This document shows positions 54,201 through 64,000 of a stretch of 64,000 nucleotides of DNA, in pieces (position 1 is the stretch's first letter; every line of letters begins with the position of its first letter). The stretch comes from Lingula anatina. Its lineage: Eukaryota > Animalia > Brachiopoda. The stretch covers positions 5,270,001 through 5,334,000 of the forward strand of contig CM120640.1 in assembly GCA_051362555.1 (NCBI GenBank), written 5' to 3'. Under the pieces are notes generated by a model. That model saw nothing but the letters and a program-made list of their open reading frames with translations. It was not told the DNA's origin and did not search any database. The position numbers were made by a program, and so were the translations under genes.

Positions 54201-55129
54201 ATGGCTAATTCAGATAAAGTGGATATTGTAAACAGCGTCAACGACGTAGAAAAAGTGATTCCTAGCAGTAACTTCGGCATGACTTTTGGAGACAACAAAT
54301 TGTCGACCAGGGAGACAATTCTCGGTGTCGTGGCAGTGGTGTTCTTTCTAATTGCCATTGTAGTTATAGCATTATTTGCCGCTGGTGTCGGCAATCCGCC
54401 TCCTGCTCCAGATTTATGCTTGACTAAAGGATGTATGCGGGAGGCGTCAAGGATGATTAATTTTATGAATGCCTCTGTTAATCCCTGTGATGACTTCCAT
54501 ACCTTTGCATGTGGCAATTTTCCTAACTTTGCACAAATTACGAGCGGTAATAATGAAAGGACGGTACTACGCGACGCCGCCACTTTTAACGAAGGCAAAC
54601 TGCGAAGGGTATTAGGCGCACCTCTTCAGCGAAATGTGGATTGGTCATATGAAAGAAAAGCTAAGGAACTTTTTTCTTCTTGCATGAACGGATACGAAAA
54701 TCAAAAAGCGGGCGGAAAGCCAATGATAGATTTGGTAAACCAGATAGGCCCGTGGTATGTGTTTAACACGATGGGGATATCAAATTGGGACTTCCAAAAT
54801 GCGCTGCAGAAGGTTCACGTGGACTTTTGGATCAACGCCCTCTTTTCGTACACCGTCGCCCCCGATGAGTTGGACACCAGCAAGAGAGTGGTTGAGGTCG
54901 GTCATATATCCTCCATCACGCTTACATATAACTATTGGGCATGTTGATGCGGGAAGCCTTTCCAAAGTCTCCGAAGTGTGCATAAGTCGCTTAAAGTCTG
55001 AAAAAGTCTTAAAGAATGCAAGAAGGGGGGCGGGGTGGGGTGGGGTGGGGTGGGGTGGGATGTGCCTATACCAAAGTCTGTGCAGGGAAGACAGCATAAC
55101 AGCATATCTGTTTGTATGATTATTCATTA

Positions 55130-55160
<31 letters not shown>

Positions 55161-58100
55161 TTATTTGGAAAATGGGCGTACATATGCTCCATCAAAGCAC
55201 TGCTGATATTGCATTAAGGAGTTATCAGTTTTTCTGTATTCAAAGATATCATTTTAAAAGTCTTTCTTCCCCCATTGCGGTTAGAACCGCCGCCCACAAT
55301 TTCAAACCCTGTACTCAATAACTCATAAATTTGCTGACCGTAGTCCTATAATACGGTAAAAATACAATATCTTAATATTATTATTCTATGAAATTCAACC
55401 AAACGATGGCTACAAATAATAGTATTACATAAAGTATATTTAAATCCACACCAAAAACATTTTTGGTTCTAAATGTTCTGTAAAAATATGCATTTCTTGT
55501 GATGATTTAATGAAAATCAGTTGGGTCTGTTGGGATAGGCTGTAAGTGGTGCCAAAGCTAAATGCTATATATATGAATTTCAGAAGTGGAACGTGGAACG
55601 AGGGGCAGCATATTTTTTGCCCCCCCCCCCCTTGCAAACCCCTCCTGGAATCGTTATCAGCTTAAGTGTCACACAGCATTCAATGTGTTCGTGTATAATA
55701 AGGTTTTGAAATATATCTAGATAACTGCAATTTGTATATATAGTATCATCCTTTTTTTTAGATTGACTATAGTGGTCTTGGCATGTACTGGGGATACTAC
55801 ATTTCTACATCTTCATATGCAGCTAAGGTGAGAGTTCTTCCAGCAGAGGTCATTGAAAATGGGAGGATATAAATGTGTGCGTACGCGCTCGTGTGTGTGC
55901 GTGTGTATTTGTGCGTATGCTTGCGTGAGCGTGCGTGTGTGTGTGTATTAAATGTGAAAGCTAGTAGTATCTTAGATTTTGGTTAAGTTTATGCGTCAAA
56001 ATTAAGCAGTCCTTGTGTGTTATCAGCACTGTAGTTTAGACAAACCATGTCTTCAATCAGTTACTTGTAAAATACAGTATATACATGCAATACAAACATA
56101 AACGCATTACAGAAAACAAGAAACGACAGAGGATTGTGTATATTAATTGAGTTATATGCGATGTCCTATTAGTACGGGTTTAAAGTTGAATTGAATGAAA
56201 AAAAAGGAATTTAGGATTTGCATGTTCATAATAAATGTGGATTAGGGATGGTCGTCGATGTTTGAGGACAGATAATTTGTTGACATATCTATATAGGGTA
56301 GAGAGAGTTATCACTTCAACGCACTTATTAACAATAAGCATTCAATCAAGGAAACACATTTACATTTGCTATATTTTTACACATACTAAGAGGGAAAATA
56401 AACACACAGAGAGAGAGAGAGAGAGAGATGTTTCTAAAATCCATTCCCTCGTTACTTAGGTACAAGATGCATACAAGGGTTTCATGAGAACAGTTGCCGG
56501 CTACATGGTGAGAGATAATGCTATGAACCCCACAGACAACACAGTGAAGATCAACATCGAACAGTTTGTTAACGACGCTTATCAATTTGAGTACCAGTTA
56601 GCCAATGTAAGTACGGGCTGTGCGTTATCATAAAAAATTAACCAAATTTGATAATTTGAAAATAGTGATAATATGGTTGTAGTTATAATATAAAGAATGT
56701 ATCGTAAGATCCAACCCCGTTGCCAGGCCCCTTTGGCAAGGTATAAGCCAATTAAGTGGTATTTGTAATATTGAACAACCAAGACATCCTTGAAGTAAAG
56801 GATAGTTTTACAAAACAATGAAAAAAGAAAAGATCGTGGAGTGATTTTTTCCGACATATTTTGAAATTTCGTTTATTTTCCAATGGCATGTCCATGAACA
56901 GAAGCAAGGTCAAAGGGAGATGAGGGGGGGGGGGGCACGTGATCCTGAGCCTACCATCCACATAGATAGCTACACTTTTGTTTACCTGCACCTTTCTTCT
57001 AATTTGCAGGTAACAGCCTATACCCAGCCTTCCCCAGACCCTCACGCTCCCGGAAACAGGAAGAAAATCTCAGAACTCAATACAGTAGCTGACCAGGTAA
57101 GACTTTCTGTCGTGAAGAAATTGTAACGAGTCAAGGGACCAATAAAGGCAAAAGATATAACACAGGTTCAAACCAAACGAGAGAGAGAGGGAGAGAGAGA
57201 GAGGGGGGGGGGGGGGGAGAGCGAGCCCTAGAAAATGTGATGCTGCTTCACCTGTTTCTTTTACAATTTATAATTTATCTTTTGTCATACTTACAGGTGA
57301 ACTGGGTCAGTTTCTTCCAGTACATGTTTGGTAGTAATAATGTGAACGGAGACACGTATGTCGTGCTCTTAGAGGCTGACTACCTCCAGAAGATGAGCAA
57401 TATGATTAAAAACTGGGACCCTAATTCGAAGACAAGGTAGGGTATTGCCTAAGAATACCGTATCATTTATGAAACGCATTCATGTATCATTTTTACGTAC
57501 ATAACGACATAAATTTTACATGGGCAAAGTAAAGACATAATTTTGGTGCAAAATAAGCTTGCCAGTTATAAATTTTCAAAAAGTCTTACTTCTTAACCTC
57601 TGACAGCACCTCACATAAGCACAGTAACAGACGCTCCCCCCGTGTAGCTCGCATCGCAAGATAGGATTCTCAATATTAAAAAATAATGATTGAAATAATG
57701 AGCAAAGTAATCAGGTACAACCCTTAGGAGAATAGCCGTCTGTTATCAAAATAATGGCGTCGCACATGGTGACAATTCATCACAAGGAATGTATTAGACT
57801 AATTCCTAGATCTGTATGACGTGTGTCGAATGTTCATTTGCGTCATAGACTATAGCTGAGTATACGTGGATGTTGTCTCGAAAAAAAGAAAAAGCCAAAC
57901 AGAAAGCAAGTGCAAGTAGTGTCATCGCACTCGACCTCTATATCAAGTTATTAAATCCATAAATGTTCTTAAAAATACATGTATGCATGTTTTTTTATTT
58001 TTAAGAAAACTTTGGGTAGAAACAAGAAAATAAGGTGCTATGCCATTATAACTTCTCGTGAAAATGCTAATTTTGAACACCTATCCGAAAAGCCAAAGCA

Positions 58101-61100
58101 GAGCTGAAGCTATATTTTCTCAGAATTTGAAATAAAAAATCCTTCAAATCTCTCAAGTTTATCTTCAATGCTCCACATATTGGTCTTATGAATTTTAATT
58201 ACCCAATTTGCATTTCTTCTGAAAAACAAATAATTTTAACTATAATTCCAAATCTGAATATTATTTCAGAGTGCTGAATAATTACCTGATGTGGCGCCTG
58301 ATGCAGGCATATGCCCAGGACTTGTCTTGGGAATACGTCCATGCCAATAGAGAGTTCTACGTAGCTAGGACAGGCAGGGCTCAGTTCTTGGGGACATATC
58401 GCTTCTGTTTTAACTACATGAAGAGTAAGATGCCCGATGCTCTCGGGGCACTGTTCGTCCAAGACCATTTTGCTGATAATGCCAAAAGCGAGGTATGGTT
58501 GTTTTGATGATTTTAACTTTTCAGTTGTTGTAAGAGATCTCTGTTTGTTCTGCACATATTTGTCCACCTTTTTATGCCATGTGTAGTATTGCTCATGCCT
58601 CCTTCGATGCCGTGCATAATCTCCCCTTAACTGCCAAACAAACTTGCTGTGTTAGTTGATATTTTCTAGCAGGTTCTGTCCGTCAGTAAGCAAATCACAA
58701 TGTATCATTTTCTGGCACGAGCACTGTTAAGGGGTTAAAATTGAATAACATCTTTCGTTTATTTTTCACATATTTATCACTTTTGATGTGTAAAATTTTT
58801 AAAATATACCTGTGAATTATTTTAATGGAATTTTTCACAAATACCTCCAAAACTTAATTTCAAGGAATTTACTTTCTAAATTTCTCACAGTGCAATTTTA
58901 ACAAAGGAGTAACGTGCTTATTTTTACGGTTCTACTGAAATGATAAATATCTTTCCTCACATAATCTAGGTTGACGCTATAGTCTCTCGACTGAAGCAAA
59001 CCATTGCGACTCGCATTCAGCAGGCGACATGGATGGATGCATCGACCAAAAAATATGCAAGTTCGAAGGTACAATTTATTATTTCAATGTGGACAGGGTT
59101 GTGCCTCCCCGTCTATGGGAAAGAATCTATGGGAAAGGGGTCAAAACCACTGTGTGAAAGTTATCTCTGTAAATGAAAGTAGTATCACGTATTTTATTAT
59201 TATTATTTATTGTGGTATTTTGTTATTATTATTTATTTATGGTGCAGGCAGCAGCGCTTGAAATTTGTTAGGGAATTGAAGGATCTGATTTTCCAAAGTA
59301 AGAAAGAGCGTATTTGTTCATGAATATACATAAACAAAGACATTTATACATAAACTGAGAGGGAAATAATTTATTTGCGCCATGAATTTGTCTTTTGTTT
59401 TACAGATGCAATCAGTGGTAGACAAAATTGCCTATGACACGGCTGCTGTCAGTCACGACTACCTGGACAGGAAGTATGATTCTGTGAGTAGCATATCTTT
59501 TTTTCTTCTTTTCAAAAGTGACATATTTACAAACTGATCGTGCGTTCTGATGTTTTAGTACGTACGGGCAGTTAAAACAAACTCGTTATTTTTCAGTTGA
59601 AAATCAATGCAACAAACTACTTCGCAAACATCCTGAGCATGAACGCTTTTGAGAAAAATGACTGGACAAACCAGTTGGTAAGAGGGCAAGACAAGACTAA
59701 ATGGCGCTATAACACCTATGACGTGGTAGCCCACATGTACAATCCTTGGAACGAGATCATCGTCCCGGCAGGGTTGTTTCAGTTCCCTATCTATACCAGA
59801 ATTATGCCCCAGCACGCGCGCTTTGGCGCCATGGGTTCCATTGTCGCACACGAACTAATGCACGGCATCGATGAGTATGGCAAGTATACAGTCTACTAGT
59901 ATCTTTGGATTGGTATTTGGTTTATATTGTTCTCGTACATTTCATGTCCTCATGCCGAATGGTAATAATATTGCTATCCTGTATACGTTGAAAATAATTT
60001 GAAATGTTGTCTTTCCTAAAAAAAATAATAATAACGTTCTTAAAGGGACTGTTTATCTCGCTGTGCTGGGCACTTTTTCTTTAAAAACATCTTAAAATAA
60101 TTACCATTACTGAAAATATCACGACTTTCACTTTTTACACCCCTTTCCCACCAGGTGGCTATTTCCTGAAGAATGGTACTGTATTTGACTGGTGGAGTAA
60201 TAAAACTACAGTAGATTATTTGAAAAGCAAACGCTGCGTGTCCGACTACTATACTAATATGACTGTGGGCTTCAGAATACCTAACAGCGAGGGCACGGTG
60301 GAAACGGTGAGAAAAACAAAGTTTGTTTTTAAATTTTTAGTAATGTATATATACGGTAATATCTGCAACATATTTAGTTAAAACCCAAGTTTGATTTTTC
60401 AGTTCTAGTTTTGAATTCTTTTTTTTTTTTTTTTTCAGAGGAAAGTTCCAATTAATGCCAGACGGTATGCATTTGAAGGGCTGACGGAAACAGCGGGAGT
60501 GCGTATGGCCTACTACGTAAGTGGACAGACAACACTTGTTCTTTACCGGTTAAATCAAGCTGATTTTACTTTCCATTATTATCTTTACTTGCCCCAAGGT
60601 TATGTTTTTGTCTTAATTGGTTTATTAGTTGACACTTTAATCCAAATTCTTTTGGTCAGGATTTTGATAAATTTTTCCAGATAGGTCAGACATGTTTTTA
60701 TTACTTATTATCAATTAGATTGTTGTGGTCTTGTGTGAATTGAAGTGCAACTAGTTAATGGTGATTTGAACAGAGCTGCCTTTATAGAAATCTTCGTTCT
60801 CTGAACGTTTTTATAGTTATTCAGGAAATATCTTGTTTTTTTTTGTTATAAAGAATTTAGTAAATTTCAAATGACGAAGTTATGTAAGAGCACCCTACCG
60901 ACGCATAAATCTGAAATGTCAGAAGAGTAGACCAGTCATGAAATCCTTTGCTTATTATGATGGGCGCTTAGAATTTGACCTGATAAATGTTGTCTAGTCC
61001 TATTTATTCATTACTTTTGTTTCGTTTTAGGCGTACAAAGATTGGGTCAGTCAGAATGGAGCAGAGAAGCAAGTCCCAGGACTGAATAAAAATAACGAGC

Positions 61101-61855
61101 AGGCCTTCTTCATCAGTTACGCACAGGTAAATGGAGAATCGGTGCTGCTCGTAAGATTTTTAAAAAGGAAACGCTCTGTACCTTTTGCATTAACATTGTT
61201 GTTATAATTCCAGTTTCTGTTGTACATGTGTATATGTAGCTGGAAGGTGTGTCGGTGGGAGAAGGAAATTCTTCATTTAATTTCCTAAATAAATTGGTAC
61301 GGCAAATAATACATTATTCCCTTTCTTTTAGACAAACTGTTTCAACAGGAATGAGGGATACGGATATTCCCAGGCAATGCAGGGCAGTTATCCAGAGAGT
61401 TTCAAGTGAGTTTTAACAAACAAACAAATGTACATGTATTACAACACTGTGGTGACGGTGCGATTTTTAATTACAGCTATTACATGAAGAACAGATAAAA
61501 GCACTTTAATTGCCACCTTCTTTGTTTGAATTTTTTGAGATTGTATACATGTATATGACGCGCATTATGTTCATTCATGGTTTCCAATGAGAGTTTAAGA
61601 TTAAATATTGTAGTCATTTGAATGATTTTAGTATATCAGCCATTATTGTAAGGCGCCTTGAGATAGAATGTAAGGCGCCATATAAGAATCTTATTATTAT
61701 ATTATTATATTAGATGTGACAGTAATTTCTGACACGAATCCCTTGTTATTTGCAGAGTAAACACGGCTTTAGCACAGTTGGATGAGTTCGTGCAGGCATT
61801 TAGCTGTCCAGCAGGCTCCACAATGAATGCAGATAAAAAGTGCAACGTTTATTAA
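54201..61855 (+). CDS. M13 zinc metallopeptidase-family protein (neprilysin/ECE-like): first exon C plus 13 downstream exons
   Basis: Exons are 54201-54896, 55762-55827, 56460-56606, 57010-57096, 57297-57436, 58270-58492, 58970-59068, 59406-59483, 59597-59879, 60155-60306, 60439-60516, 61031-61126, 61332-61405 and 61756-61855, in frame. Motifs are PCDDFHTFACG, LNNYLMWR, WMD, NEIIVPAG, HELMH, DWW, EQAFFISYAQ and FSCPAGSTMNADKKCNVY*. Confidence 0.92.
61640..61712 (+). mobile_element. Short 3'-end remnant of an L2-like LINE or SINE
   Basis: TGTAAGGCGCCTTGAG...AAGGCGCCATATAAG followed by an (ATT)n tail resembles typical L2-clade 3' termini. Confidence 0.45.
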
Positions 61856-63042
61856 GAGGAAAATTTCCATTCCTAAGCCACGAACGCCACAGTTTCGTAC
61901 CGCCACATCGTATCATAAGACATAGCTTGAGTGAGCCTGCGAAAATGGCTAATTGACGCGAAAGGAGACGGGGAAAAGTGCATTTTTCTACCATGTTGAT
62001 TTCAGATGATTCTAATTCACATAGACCATGACCCTATTGTACTTTTCTCGTCTGTAAAGTTAGATGCTTCGCTAATAACATTCATCTAAAAAAATAACAG
62101 AGGACAATCATATCTTCGTTAGATGGTAAACCGTTATCCATGAGTACAAAAATCATTGTGCATAAAGTGAAATCTCTCCATTGTAAGTTCATTACTTATC
62201 CAGATTAACAAAGGTCGGGTTCGCAGAGCGACAATAATTAATTTACTTATCTTTTTAATCAATTTTAGTATTATCAGTTTATTTATTTGTTTGATATTTA
62301 TCATCCATTTTACTGAGATTAAGATATATATCTGTAATTTTAATTTGTTTTAAGGATCATTTTTTGTTTCAGTTAAGAGCATTTTTAAAAATCTTGTTGA
62401 TGAGGCGTTGATTGATAAATTGTTGAGTTTATAAATATATAGGTATTCATACTTAAAATTTGTTTATACAAACTTGAAATAAAATGACTTAACTAATGAT
62501 TACATGCTTCCTTTAATTATTACAAATGAATGATTGGGAAAGAGGTTGAAACAAAGCTTAAGTAAGGTTGTACATTTTAGAAGTTATATAATAACGTGGT
62601 TTGGTTGCGACATTTGTTAATTAACAGGAAAGAGAGAGCGTAAGACAGCAAGCGCACACATCTCTCACATCAGCCTTTGCCCTTGTACCCGCGGATCCCA
62701 AGAGGCACACTGTAGGTCTGTCTGTCTATGTACTACAGTGTACAGGTCGACATAGAACAGTATTTTCAGCTATCAAACACATATAATGTCTGGGCAAAGT
62801 ACAAGTTGTGCATTAAAGAACAATTCGGGGAAAACGTTTGTCAAAGTTCCTACAACTATGGTAGTATATCCTTTTTTGCGCATGTAAATTTCAATCAAGT
62901 ATATTGTCTGATAAAAAAAAAAAAATTCAGGATTTGAGCGTGCGCTATCCCAGATAACTTCGTCTTGGACAGGTTGTTCGCCTAGTTCAGTCTAGTAACT
63001 CGTATTATTGACTCTGCTACCATGAGCTCCAATCATGTTGTT

Positions 63043-63326
63043 CTATGGTATGCTTCCGGTGAATGGCATTTCTCCGTTAGGTTGGTCGCACACAACGGTT
63101 GGATCGCATTCTGTTCCTCGTAGCCTGCAAGGAGTTCCCAGTCCCGAGTTGGGCGGCTGGCGGGTGAAGTTACAGGGTAGCCTGGTGCCTCGCGCGCACG
63201 GCTGTGAGTATGCCCTCCCCCAAACACAATGGTAGAATTTGCAAAGGTCAGAATCGTCGCCCAAGTAATCGCCATTGGTCTTACATTCTGAATAAAAGAA
63301 AATATTTGAAATTATATATGTACAAG

Positions 63327-63365
<39 letters not shown>

Positions 63366-63447
63366 TTTATCTACCTTCTTTAGGAGCACCATCTGTTAAG
63401 ACTGACATGATGAACATGAGGACAAGAATCTGCCAAAAAGACTCCAT
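63043..63447 (-). CDS. Small secreted protein (105 aa) with a single chitin-binding type-2 (CBM14/peritrophin-A)-like domain, 2 exons
   Basis: Exon 1 63447-63375 encodes MESFWQILVLMFIMSVLTDGAPKE (signal peptide) with a phase-1 gtagat donor. Exon 2 63287-63043 encodes ECKTNGDYLGDDSDLCKFYHCVWGRAYSQPCARGT..., matching C-x-x-F-Y-x-C-x2-G-x5-6-C-x2-G-T. A TATA-like TATTTATA lies at about 63551-63558. Confidence 0.8.
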
Positions 63448-64000
63448 TCTGCAGTTGTATCTGTACTTGGTCTCTAGCAGCTTCACAAAACAATCAGTAT
63501 TAGTATGTGGGTCACTCCATGTATCAAATTTCACTTGCAGCGTCAAGAAATATAAATACCAAGGGAATAAGAGATTTATGGTGGCAGCTCTGATTTTTGT
63601 CGCTGGACGGTGTTTATCCTAAATGTTACGGTCATAATTGGGGATAAAGAAGCAAAATGCAAAAGAAAGATGTGTAAAATAGCCTTGGCCTACTTTGATT
63701 TACTTTCAGTTGGATAGGCCTACTTTTTAAATCTGAGGATTTAATTATATAATAATATATGGCATTGTAGGATCCGGAAGATTGGCCGTGGATTCGCACA
63801 CTTTTAAAAATCTTATTCATTTATTTTTTAATTTTTTTTTTTTCATTTCACTTATTCAGATTAAGACGCTCTCTGGCTATTAAAAGATGTATTTAATACA
63901 CAGTTTACATAAGCGTTTTGGGAGTTTCAGGCCAACAATATCAATAACATGTAAACCGCCAGTACATCGCTCCATAAAAGCAGAAATTCTACGATCGCTC

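Noticed and set aside
54113-54598. 161-aa minus-strand ORF (similar ORFs at 47438-47776 and 49956-50294)
   Set aside because: Antisense shadows of the M13 first exons, with no independent motifs.
1-64000. CRISPR arrays, operons, tRNA/rRNA genes, autonomous transposons
   Set aside because: None seen. The window is spliceosomal-intron eukaryotic DNA with no repeat-spacer array, no transposase or RT ORF, and no recognisable structural RNA.

Overview
AT-rich, intron-rich animal genomic DNA. The gene content suggests an invertebrate, plausibly a lophotrochozoan or mollusc, but this cannot be determined from sequence alone. It is not prokaryotic. Gene order: (1) the 3' part of ARFGAP1 (+), with two tandem homologous 60-nt exons, and a single-coding-exon LRR-FN3-TM receptor gene nested antisense in its 17.6-kb last intron; (2) ARMC1 (-) head-to-head with an MTFR-family gene (+) across a very short shared promoter; (3) AATF/BFR2 (-), with a TIR element flanked by a 5-bp TSD in intron 2; (4) an unidentified signal-peptide exon (+); (5) an M13 (neprilysin/ECE-like) locus (+) in which three paralogous large first exons, at least two with their own TATA promoter, end at the same phase-0 donor and precede a single set of 13 downstream exons; (6) a compact two-exon secreted chitin-binding-type gene (-). 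The M13 layout resembles the variable-first-exon plus constant-region layout of UGT1A and the clustered protocadherins, and its constant region has non-canonical active-site residues. All gene models were read by hand from splice signals and reading frames and are not confirmed by transcripts.
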